A program made the translations under genes and the position numbers. Of a stretch of DNA of 64,000 nt, positions 55,728-63,999 are shown piece by piece. This stretch comes from a virus. The number at the start of each line of letters is the position of its first letter. Position 1 is the stretch's first letter. The stretch is from the IMG/VR virus record IMGVR_UViG_3300042013_000065; one strand, given 5' to 3'. Under the pieces are notes generated by a model, which ran no database searches, was not told where the DNA came from, and worked only from the letters and a program-made list of their open reading frames with translations.

Positions 55728-58055
55728 TTATGGAACATAGCTGATTTTGTACGTGAACGTTTGTGTTGCGTTTGGTGTGTCATCAGCACGCACAACAATC
55801 CACGGAATTTCACCAGTGCCATCGTCGTACATAACTTCGACAAACTTAGGCAAGTTCGGATCGTAACCCGGCAAGCCATCAGAGTTACCAAGGATTTCGT
55901 TGCGGTACAGAACGCCGCCCATGATTTCGTTGAAATCGCCCGGCTGCAACAGAGTGACAATTGCAGAACCTTTCGACTTCGGCCACATGATGTAAACGTA
56001 TTCGCCGTTATCAACGGTGACGCTTACCGGTGTGGTGCCGTCAACGGTTGTCACAGTTTGAGTCATTTTGTCGGCAGCAAATTCTGCGAAACCGGCCCAA
56101 TGATCATACGGGCGACCGTACGGCGATGGATCAGCGATTACATCGTATTCAGCTTCTTCAGGAGTGATTTCAGAAGCGATTGGGCCACCCGTGAACAACC
56201 GGTTAGCGAACATTGCAGAACCAATGCGCATTTCTGGAACAACTACAGGCGGAACAGCGATGGTTACAACTTTGTTGGCATTCAGATTGATTCCGTCTTC
56301 TGTGTAAACTGCGCGAACAGTCACAGTCGATTCGATGGTGTTGTATGTAGCCACACCAGTCGCAGCATCAATCGTCATTTTGGTTTCGTCGGAACTAGAC
56401 CAAACAGGCGTTTTCAGAACTTTCGAACCGTCCGTGTATGTCACTTCGTACGTGTAAGTTTCTGTAGCGCTAGGAGCAACAGTTGTTTTACCGAGAACTT
56501 GTGCAGTTGTCGGCCAGTTTTTGGTGTCAGCAATTGCAATTGCTTTCGACGCAGTTTTGGTCACGCCATTCTGCGTAAACGAAACGTTAACAGTCACGGA
56601 TTTAGAACCCGGAGTGGTCAACGGTTTAGCAGTCAGGACGCCAGCCGGAGTGGTGATGGTCGCAAACACAGTCGATACAACAGACCATGCAGCGGTGTTC
56701 ACATCGGCTTCAGAACCGTCAGTGAAAACAACGTGAGCCAGCAAAGTGATCGAATCATCTTGATCAACTTGTACCGGGCCATTGATTGTAATCGTCGCCG
56801 GATAAATTGCAGGATCTTTCACGGTCACGTCAATGAATGCCGTGCGTGTAATTCCGTTGGCGGTATACGTCGCAGTCAGGCGTGTAGAAAGATCGCCAAT
56901 TTGCGAAGAGCGCGGAGTCAATACGCCATTGCTGAATGTACCGGCAGCGCTATTGCTCGATTCATAAACATTCGGCGTTACGACAGCGGTAGAACCGTCA
57001 GTGTAATGCGCGGTGACAGGATACGTACCGGTTTCCGATTTCTGGATTTCGGTAGGGCCACCAATGCTGATAAAGTCGAGAATAACCAACGATGGATCGC
57101 CGATAATTGTGATGATGTAATCTTTGAAAACTACTTCGCCACTATCAACGTGAGTCCATGTTGCGCGAACAGTTACAGGCGTATCGACAGCAACCAAACC
57201 AGCTTTGAAAACGCCGGTAGCTGCATTGATTTGCGCCCATTCGGCATTGTTGCCGAGAGTCCAAACAGCTTTAACGCTATTCAGAGTTGTATCGTCATCC
57301 ATCAGAACGTCAGCACGCAAAACGTGATTCGTTCCGCCGAGAACTGGAACCAGTGGGCCGATTACATCAAGGCTTACCGGAACCGGGCCAATGTACGGGA
57401 ATTCAGCGGTTGGATATTTCCATTCACCAACATAATTGCCGTCGCCATCGGTGCCCGTAACAAACAGCATTTGACCGGCAACAGGATCGTTTACCGTCGA
57501 AATGTTTACGTATTTTTCCAGACTGTCACCAGCGCTAAGCATGGTGGCCGGGGTTTGTACGTGGCTGTGTGTTTTCGGTGGGCGTGCGTTGCTCATGCGC
57601 GGGTCGCTGGTTTCAACAACAACCGGTGCCAGTTCAGAACCAGCGGCAACATGAGAAACGAAGAAACCGCCGTATGCTTTGTCGGTAGCAATTGGCGGTC
57701 GGAATTGTTCAACTTCACCAAGAATTGGATCGGAATCTTTCTTGAAGAATTGAGGTTCGTTGTAAATTTCTTCGACAGTCGAAAGAACTGCCCACGAACC
57801 GCGATAGCCGTTGCCATCGTAGTTTTCAGCATCGACGCGGCGCATCAATACTTTGTAATCAGGGTGTTCGGGATCGGACATAATCCACGAAACGTTGTAA
57901 GGAACTGTGAGGGTATCCGGCTCAAGATGCGAAACGAGAACAACGAACGTATGCCCGTTGCCCTCGACCACAATCTCAACCGGGTTGTATTTGCTCAAAC
58001 CGCGATAATCCAACGCAATCGCAAGTTTGGAATCTACAAACTCGGTTAATGTCAT
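55728..58055 (-). CDS. Fibre-like virion protein: shared N-terminal module plus four Ig-like repeats
   Basis: N-terminus paralogous to 58065-58709; GP.....YTDGS repeats. Confidence 0.8.
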   Translation of the reverse strand: MTLTEFVDSKLAIALDYRGLSKYNPVEIVVEGNGHTFVVLVSHLEPDTLTVPYNVSWIMSDPEHPDYKVLMRRVDAENYDGNGYRGSWAVLSTVEEIYNEPQFFKKDSDPILGEVEQFRPPIATDKAYGGFFVSHVAAGSELAPVVVETSDPRMSNARPPKTHSHVQTPATMLSAGDSLEKYVNISTVNDPVAGQMLFVTGTDGDGNYVGEWKYPTAEFPYIGPVPVSLDVIGPLVPVLGGTNHVLRADVLMDDDTTLNSVKAVWTLGNNAEWAQINAATGVFKAGLVAVDTPVTVRATWTHVDSGEVVFKDYIITIIGDPSLVILDFISIGGPTEIQKSETGTYPVTAHYTDGSTAVVTPNVYESSNSAAGTFSNGVLTPRSSQIGDLSTRLTATYTANGITRTAFIDVTVKDPAIYPATITINGPVQVDQDDSITLLAHVVFTDGSEADVNTAAWSVVSTVFATITTPAGVLTAKPLTTPGSKSVTVNVSFTQNGVTKTASKAIAIADTKNWPTTAQVLGKTTVAPSATETYTYEVTYTDGSKVLKTPVWSSSDETKMTIDAATGVATYNTIESTVTVRAVYTEDGINLNANKVVTIAVPPVVVPEMRIGSAMFANRLFTGGPIASEITPEEAEYDVIADPSPYGRPYDHWAGFAEFAADKMTQTVTTVDGTTPVSVTVDNGEYVYIMWPKSKGSAIVTLLQPGDFNEIMGGVLYRNEILGNSDGLPGYDPNLPKFVEVMYDDGTGEIPWIVVRADDTPNATQTFTYKISYVP

Positions 58056-58064
58056 AACAGCCTC

Positions 58065-58709
58065 TTAACGATTCACGTCGGCGGTGGTTACTTGGCGCCA
58101 TACGGCGGAATTTGGACTGGTTGCGAACAGCGTAGCGCCAACAACTGGAGCAGCACTGTTTTCAATTGTCACAATGCCCGTGCGCGTTTTCAATTGCGAT
58201 GCAGGACGTTCCGCGTGCGTGTGTTCGGTTGGTGTGCGTGCGTCAGTCAAACGCGGATCGCCTTCACCGACAACCGTTGGCGTGGCGCCATTCAATGCAG
58301 CAACGCTCAGTTTCGCGATACCCATAACGGTTGTCGAAGCAACAGGCAACGGCGCTTGAGTGTTCAGAATTTCCGCGTCTTCTGCATCGTAGAATTGATC
58401 TTCGATGAATTGAGCGTAAGTGTCGATTACTTCCCACGTGTGGAGAGTACCGGCACCAACGTCTGCGTTTTTCGAAACACGACGGCGAGCTGTTTTGTAA
58501 TACTTGCTTTGCGGATCGAAGTCGAACCAAATCACGTTCAAAGGAACGATCAATTGCGTAGGTTCGCGAACAGCAGCAACGGTGGTTGTTACCTTTCGAA
58601 CAGTCGCGTTACTCACGCGGTGTACGATTGGATTGGTTTCATCCATGTTCTGGATGTCGGAAATAACGCGAAGTGCATCGCGAATTTCCTCGATTTTTTT
58701 CTCAGCCAT
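58065..58709 (-). CDS. Short fibre/adaptor protein
   Basis: VPLNVIW...RRV and DPRLTDARTPTEHTH motifs shared with 55728-58055. Confidence 0.75.
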   Translation of the reverse strand: MAEKKIEEIRDALRVISDIQNMDETNPIVHRVSNATVRKVTTTVAAVREPTQLIVPLNVIWFDFDPQSKYYKTARRRVSKNADVGAGTLHTWEVIDTYAQFIEDQFYDAEDAEILNTQAPLPVASTTVMGIAKLSVAALNGATPTVVGEGDPRLTDARTPTEHTHAERPASQLKTRTGIVTIENSAAPVVGATLFATSPNSAVWRQVTTADVNR

Positions 58710-58712
58710 TTA

Positions 58713-60353
58713 TTAGGACTCCCGGAAGCTGATCGAATCGCCGAAGTTGCGGATATCCGCACCAATATGCGCGCGTTTTGCAGGAATGGTCGGATCAAGA
58801 ATCAGGTCAATGACCATATCGTTGTTCGCGATTACATCCCGCGTGTTGTTACGTTCGTCACAAATGGTTTCCCATTCGTTTACACCGCGTCCGGTTTTGA
58901 TGGTACGCACTTCGGCATCAACGAGGTTCTTCAGCTTGAGGCGTTCGAATTCATCGTTCGGATTAAATACCGATGGCAAGAAAGCTTTGCGAACCATGGA
59001 TTTAATACCGTTGACCAAACGGCGTACGTTTACGTTCTGGAAACCAGACGCAAAAGCTTGCAGTGTGGACTGGTCGAAAATCACGAAACCACGGCCCGGA
59101 ATACGGCGAATCACGTTGACTTGCGCCTGTTCCAAAGCGTTGCGTTCCTGCTTGTTGTATTTCTTGAACAAGTCAGTGACTTTCATTTGACCACGCGAAA
59201 TACCAGCCGGTGCCCAATAGTACGCACGCACGCGGTCGGTGTATGCGAATTGAGCGCCTACCAATGCAGATGGCGGGCAGAAGAAACGACGGCCTGTGAT
59301 TTCGTCGGTCACTTCCACATACGGGGCATACATCGCGCCGTAGGAGCTGGAAACGTTCAGGATATTCCGACGATAGTTCACTGCGCGGGCAGCTTCGGCG
59401 TATTCTTTCGGCAGGTCGATAATTGCGATTGCGTCACCACGCTTTTCAGCGGTGGTAATCATTTTCTGTTGAACGTTTGGAGTCGTGTAACCCGCGTTCA
59501 AAAGAATTTGTACTTCGTACGTGTCCGTGTCTTCCAGACCATCCCATGCTTCAGCAATTTGCTGGGCAGTTGGGCGCTTGCCGTCTTCACCGCCGTCGAT
59601 GTATTCGAAAGCAGTTGTACGGATTTGCACAGGTGGGCACAGTTTGTTGTTTTTCACTTTGATGTATTGCGAAGCCGCGTTAATGCGATCCTCGACGTAC
59701 ATCTGACCGCCTTCCCCATCAATTTCCGAAGTCCGCGAACACAAATAGGATTCGACCGGAACAGAAGCATCACCCTTGTAGTTCAGGAAAACTTCAAGGT
59801 AGAAATGGTACGGGTCAGAAAATTCGCCAACTTCTGTACCCATTTGGGCGGATGGACGAACGCGGATACTCAGTTCATCAGACCATTCACCCGGCGAGTT
59901 CGCGCAAACGAACAAAAGGGCATTTTTTGCCCCCGGATTAGATGCGAGAAAATCGACTGTTTCCATTGGATCGCCAAGCACGCCTTGCGGCTGATTGTCG
60001 CCATTGTCGAAACAAACGAGTTTCAGAACTGGATTGGTTGCGGTTACATCATCAACCGAAAGCCATGCGCCAGCAGTGCGGGCGGTGGCCGGGTCAACAA
60101 CGCGTTTAACCATCATGCGCGATTCACGCAGATATTGCTCTGTGCAATACATGCCGAAACCGTATTTGCTCAGAGACTTTGTGCCGAAAGTTTGTTTGGC
60201 ATTTTCTTTGTCGAAAACATCAATCCACTCACCGACTTTACCTTTTGCAGCTTCAGTAACCAGTGCCGCAATGGAACTGATTACGGTGCCGCCACGCTGG
60301 CTAAGGTCACGATCCTGATCGTAGACCCCGGCACTTGTATTGGGAAATGCCAT
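58713..60353 (-). CDS. Tail sheath protein 2
   Basis: YWAPAGISRG, AQVNVIR, QNVNVRRL, VFNPNDE sheath motifs. Confidence 0.92.
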   Translation of the reverse strand: MAFPNTSAGVYDQDRDLSQRGGTVISSIAALVTEAAKGKVGEWIDVFDKENAKQTFGTKSLSKYGFGMYCTEQYLRESRMMVKRVVDPATARTAGAWLSVDDVTATNPVLKLVCFDNGDNQPQGVLGDPMETVDFLASNPGAKNALLFVCANSPGEWSDELSIRVRPSAQMGTEVGEFSDPYHFYLEVFLNYKGDASVPVESYLCSRTSEIDGEGGQMYVEDRINAASQYIKVKNNKLCPPVQIRTTAFEYIDGGEDGKRPTAQQIAEAWDGLEDTDTYEVQILLNAGYTTPNVQQKMITTAEKRGDAIAIIDLPKEYAEAARAVNYRRNILNVSSSYGAMYAPYVEVTDEITGRRFFCPPSALVGAQFAYTDRVRAYYWAPAGISRGQMKVTDLFKKYNKQERNALEQAQVNVIRRIPGRGFVIFDQSTLQAFASGFQNVNVRRLVNGIKSMVRKAFLPSVFNPNDEFERLKLKNLVDAEVRTIKTGRGVNEWETICDERNNTRDVIANNDMVIDLILDPTIPAKRAHIGADIRNFGDSISFRES

Positions 60354-60415
60354 GGAATAAACCCCTTGTATCGTTGGTATATGGGAATGTGCATTTACTG
60401 CCTTTCCACTATATC

Positions 60416-60423
60416 TAAATTAC
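60416..60423 (-). promoter_or_regulatory. Candidate late-promoter motif GTAATTTA
   Basis: Purely intergenic, between terminator and sheath 2. Confidence 0.5.
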
Positions 60424-60464
60424 TTAAAGGGATTTAAACGAAACATTTGCGTATTTTGGGCAAT

Positions 60465-60486
60465 AAAAAAGGGGCACTAGGCCCCT
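60465..60486 (-). terminator. Intrinsic terminator
   Basis: AGGGGC-CTAGT-GCCCCT then TTTTT. Confidence 0.8.
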
Positions 60487-60510
60487 GATTAGGTATTGCA
60501 TTTGATTGTG

Positions 60511-61374
60511 TTATTCGTCTTCTTTTTCTTCGTCTTCTTTTTCTTCGTCTTCTTCATCATCGTATTCGAAATAGACTTCGCCGTCTTCATCAACGAACGC
60601 ATCCCATTCCTCTGCTTTCTCTGCCTTTTGTTTCTTCAGATAAGCAGTAAACAAACGCTTTGCCAATTCCTTTTCACCACGATACAACGCTTCAATTGCG
60701 TTAATGTATGGGCGCGCTGCCAAATAATTCATATGGTGCAGAATGGCATTGTGCCGTTCCTTTGCCAATTGATACATCTTTGGCGTAATCTTGAATGCTT
60801 CACCACGCAACAAATAAACGCGAATGTAGCAAAGGATTAATGCACTAACATCCTCTTCAGCGTAATAGGTTTTGGCATTGAAAAAGCATTCGAGAATTTC
60901 TTTCTTTATGTCTGCGCTGAAACGCATGATCTTGTCAGGATGCGATGCCTGCTTAATCTTTTTGAATAGCAAACGACATGACATTTCCGCAGGATCTTCG
61001 TCGGCGTCTTCGTCTGTCGATGCACCACCTTTACCGTCAAGGGAAAGGCTGCGCTTTTTCTTTTTCTTTTTCGGCATTGAAAGATCAAGGCCGGTGTGTA
61101 CGCATTTCAATGCTTTGTCGAGGCTGATTAGTTCTTTTGAATCGGACATTTCTTCGTCGTCATCATCAGATTCAGCTTCGTCGTCGTCTTCCATTGGATG
61201 CGCGCACAATGCACACAAAGCTGCGTAACCACGTTCGATTTTCAGCTTTAATGCCGCGAGCTTATCTTCGTCTTCGGCAATTTCCTGAAGGTCTTTCAGC
61301 GTCATTTCCGTTTCAGGAAGTTCGACGTATTCTTCTTCGTCTACAACGTCGGGCAATCCAGTAAGGTCGGCCAT
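60511..61374 (-). CDS. J-domain (DnaJ-like, HPD) protein with acidic tracts
   Basis: LFKKIKQASHPDK...F..AK.YY; flanking D/E and poly-K tracts. Confidence 0.7.
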   Translation of the reverse strand: MADLTGLPDVVDEEEYVELPETEMTLKDLQEIAEDEDKLAALKLKIERGYAALCALCAHPMEDDDEAESDDDDEEMSDSKELISLDKALKCVHTGLDLSMPKKKKKKRSLSLDGKGGASTDEDADEDPAEMSCRLLFKKIKQASHPDKIMRFSADIKKEILECFFNAKTYYAEEDVSALILCYIRVYLLRGEAFKITPKMYQLAKERHNAILHHMNYLAARPYINAIEALYRGEKELAKRLFTAYLKKQKAEKAEEWDAFVDEDGEVYFEYDDEEDEEKEDEEKEDE

Positions 61375-62039
61375 TAGATCATGCTCAATAGGTCTTGTTT
61401 CGAACTGCGCTTGCTATTCAGAAAGATCGCAAACTGCATTGTCATTCGGATTTTCTCAACGAAGAACGACACAGGATCGGCGCCATTCATTACGACGATT
61501 CGCGGAATATGATCGTAGATTTCCAGAAGGTCGCGCACCTTTTCAATCTTTTGCGGTGTACTATCTGGCGCCACATTGGTGATTACCAACATGGAAATAT
61601 TCTTTCGTTCTTTCAGGTCACGCAAATTGTCTTGATAACCACCTAACACCCGATGCCACAAAGGCAGAAGTTTTCCCCGGTGTGATTTGGTGGATTTCTG
61701 TTGATCAATCGCCGCTGCCATAAACGACAACGCCAGAAACTTTGCGCGATCATCTGTAGCCATGGAACCGATACCAATAATCGGGCTACCGTGCAAAGGA
61801 TTGGTCAACATCCGCTGGCAAGCTTCAATCTGTCGGCGAACACTCAAGCGCGGCAAATCGTAGTCTTCAGGAAGCCATGCGGGTACGTGCGGCGTAATGG
61901 ATGTCAGAGTATCGTCGAGTAGAAACGGGCTACGCATTACCTGAAACGCGGAACCATCAACGCCCTGCATTTTTAGAGTTTTCACCCTGTCTGAATCAAT
62001 GCGGAAATTCAGGTGTGGTGCTGGTGGACGACTGCTCAT
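61374..62039 (-). CDS. Possible degenerate DnaC/IstB-like AAA+ protein
   Basis: beta-loop-helix IIGIGSMATDDRAKFLA and SMLVITNV at Walker A/B-like positions but lacking GK[TS] and DD/DE. Confidence 0.35.
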   Translation of the reverse strand: MSSRPPAPHLNFRIDSDRVKTLKMQGVDGSAFQVMRSPFLLDDTLTSITPHVPAWLPEDYDLPRLSVRRQIEACQRMLTNPLHGSPIIGIGSMATDDRAKFLALSFMAAAIDQQKSTKSHRGKLLPLWHRVLGGYQDNLRDLKERKNISMLVITNVAPDSTPQKIEKVRDLLEIYDHIPRIVVMNGADPVSFFVEKIRMTMQFAIFLNSKRSSKQDLLSMI

Positions 62040-62069
62040 ACGAACCTCAGTTAGTGCTATACAACGTAT

Positions 62070-62252
62070 TTACAGTTTCGCGTGTACAGGGAATATACGT
62101 TCGTTCAGGTGTATCTGCGCGCACTGCATATAGATACGCTTTACTTTTCTGGTGTGATAGTCGTCCGGCTCAAACTGGAATTGTTTTTCCAATGAATGTA
62201 GCTGTGCAGCCATGATGATTTTCACACGACGGTGGCTGATTCGACGTTTCAT
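62070..62252 (-). CDS. Small basic hypothetical protein
   Basis: 60 aa, ATGA overlap. Confidence 0.65.
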   Translation of the reverse strand: MKRRISHRRVKIIMAAQLHSLEKQFQFEPDDYHTRKVKRIYMQCAQIHLNERIFPVHAKL

Positions 62253-62371
62253 TCTTCTTCCCCGGAATCAGGAATTTCATTTGCGCTCATGCACTCTTCG
62301 CATTCTACTTGGTTGAAGTAGTTGCCGTGTTCGCACATTGCGTCTTCGTGATCTTCGTCGTATTCCATCAT
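62249..62371 (-). CDS. 40-aa acidic zinc-knuckle-like protein (absent from ORF track)
   Basis: MMEYDEDHEDAMCEHGNYFNQVECEECMSANEIPDSGEEE; ATGA overlaps both sides. Confidence 0.7.
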   Translation of the reverse strand: MMEYDEDHEDAMCEHGNYFNQVECEECMSANEIPDSGEEE

Positions 62372-62565
62372 AATACCCGTGTACCTTTCTTGACTGCGCT
62401 CGGGCGCGCAATGATGTGCAATTCAGTGCCGTCAGGCAATGTGCTTTTTGCGTAGAACCGCCGATCATTGAAGCGAGGAAAGAACGGTTCTTTTTCGCGA
62501 AGTTCTTCCAACGCTTTGGTGCTGGCGTCTTTCATGTACTGCACACTTTCTGGATCAAGATTCAC
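62368..62565 (-). CDS. Hypothetical protein
   Basis: 65 aa. Confidence 0.7.
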   Translation of the reverse strand: MNLDPESVQYMKDASTKALEELREKEPFFPRFNDRRFYAKSTLPDGTELHIIARPSAVKKGTRVL

Positions 62566-62774
62566 AATGGCACCCCAAACAATTTGCGCAAGGTAGACAG
62601 TTTGTCAGCAACGAATGCCTTGATGTCTGCTTTACCTTCAGGGCTATTCAGATACTCGGTCAGCTTCGGTTGCAGTGTGCAATCTTTCTGCATTTGCATA
62701 CGGGCCGCTTCGTCGATTTCAAACTGTTTCATCACAGCTTTTGCACGCGCACGATCTTGTTTCGTTATGCTCAT
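62562..62774 (-). CDS. Hypothetical protein
   Basis: 70 aa. Confidence 0.75.
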   Translation of the reverse strand: MSITKQDRARAKAVMKQFEIDEAARMQMQKDCTLQPKLTEYLNSPEGKADIKAFVADKLSTLRKLFGVPL

Positions 62775-62777
62775 GGT

Positions 62778-63293
62778 TTATTCACCTTGCAGAAGGTTAG
62801 CGATTTGCTCGGCCTGTGCGTCGATCTTTTTGGCGTTTTCTTCGATGTGGTATTTCATGTTTTCAATCAGCACCAAATGTGGCGCGTCTTGTGGCCGAAG
62901 GTCGCCGTCACACACGTGGCCGTCTTCACGGTCATGCAGTGGTTTACCTATTCCATCGTCATAATCGAAATGCTGCGCATAAATACTGCCGATGTATTTG
63001 TAGTCGCGGTAGTATTCCAACACAGCATCGTCGCATTCTTCGTAAAGCGATTGCGGATCGAAAGCAATCAATTCTTTGCAAAGTTTTTCGATATGGTCGA
63101 TACGCCAGTGCGGTTCCGCTTCGGCGAGATACTTTACCATGTCGAACAGTACAAGCGTTTTGAAACTGAAATAGCTGTATGGATAAAACGGCACCGATTC
63201 CCACGATCCAAGCATTTCAATGACCGTGAAAGATTTTCCGATGTGGTACGCCTCTTTACGGTCGTGATTTAAAACGCAATATACGTTGCCCAT
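62778..63293 (-). CDS. Hypothetical protein
   Basis: Start at MGNVYC (TAATG overlap). Confidence 0.75.
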   Translation of the reverse strand: MGNVYCVLNHDRKEAYHIGKSFTVIEMLGSWESVPFYPYSYFSFKTLVLFDMVKYLAEAEPHWRIDHIEKLCKELIAFDPQSLYEECDDAVLEYYRDYKYIGSIYAQHFDYDDGIGKPLHDREDGHVCDGDLRPQDAPHLVLIENMKYHIEENAKKIDAQAEQIANLLQGE

Positions 63294-63532
63294 TAGTGGT
63301 TCCACCGTGGATCTTGAGGATCAGGAATATTCAGGCGAATCAGTTCACGCGCCATACCTTTGTCGAACGGGGAATTATCAATCGCACCGTCGCATTCGGC
63401 CCACAAACGATTCATTTCTTCGGTGTTGGTAGCACCGTGTTTTTCTACTTCTGCACTCACGTATTCAGCACCAGCACGAAACGATTCTTCTGGTGTACGA
63501 ATGCCCAGCAATTTGCGAAAGATTTCCCACAT
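63293..63532 (-). CDS. Hypothetical protein
   Basis: Start at MWEIFR with AAGGA RBS. Confidence 0.75.
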   Translation of the reverse strand: MWEIFRKLLGIRTPEESFRAGAEYVSAEVEKHGATNTEEMNRLWAECDGAIDNSPFDKGMARELIRLNIPDPQDPRWNH

Positions 63533-63536
63533 AGGA

Positions 63537-63722
63537 TTATTCCTTTTTATTGTATTGTTCGAAAGCCGTGTGGTTGTCGTACTGGAATTTATTGTACTGC
63601 ATGCGTTCCAGTTCATTTTGCGCGTCTTGCATGTCGAGCCATTCGCGGAAAATTGCGATAGCTCCAACGACAACAATCACAGCGCCTATACCAATTGCGA
63701 TCCAGCCGCCAGTTGTAATCAT
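63537..63722 (-). CDS. Small single-TM membrane protein
   Basis: GWIAIGIGAVIVVVGAIAIF. Confidence 0.75.
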   Translation of the reverse strand: MITTGGWIAIGIGAVIVVVGAIAIFREWLDMQDAQNELERMQYNKFQYDNHTAFEQYNKKE

Positions 63723-63910
63723 TTTTTGTGCTTCTGTGCGCGACGTTGGGCGCGGTTCAATTTCGGTTGGTACGTCTTCGGCTTGCCATGATCAATATGT
63801 CCAATGGTGCCGACATCGGGATTCAACATTGCTTTGAGCTTCGCTTGAAATGCGGCTTCCGCTTCTGCAATGTTGCCAAGGTGCACCGGTGTATCTGCTT
63901 CGAAATTCAT
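63719..63910 (-). CDS. 63-aa protein containing an isolated EF-Tu G1 (P-loop) motif
   Basis: NPDVGTIGHIDHGKP versus EF-Tu HVNVGTIGHVDHGKT; ATGA overlaps at both ends. Confidence 0.75.
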   Translation of the reverse strand: MNFEADTPVHLGNIAEAEAAFQAKLKAMLNPDVGTIGHIDHGKPKTYQPKLNRAQRRAQKHKK

Positions 63911-63999
63911 TTCTTATTTCTCCATAGCCAATAAATAAGAAACAGCAACCCTAAAAGAACCACAGAAACCCACGCAACGTAGGTAACATCTTTCAACGG
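63907..63999 (-). CDS. Membrane protein, 5'-truncated by window edge
   Basis: ...PLKDVTYVAWVSVVLLGLLFLIYWLWRNKK stop. Confidence 0.6.
   Translation of the reverse strand, partial: PLKDVTYVAWVSVVLLGLLFLIYWLWRNKK

Noticed and set aside
55761-60437. Very long plus-strand ORFs (762 aa and 781 aa), also 43918-45486, 37679-39154, 39173-40705 and others
   Set aside because: Checked for 55761-58049: it is in exact antisense register with the minus-strand gene, so stops need TTA/CTA/TCA sense codons, which are rare in highly expressed genes. The others overlap well-supported minus-strand genes in the same way, and their translations show no recognisable motifs.
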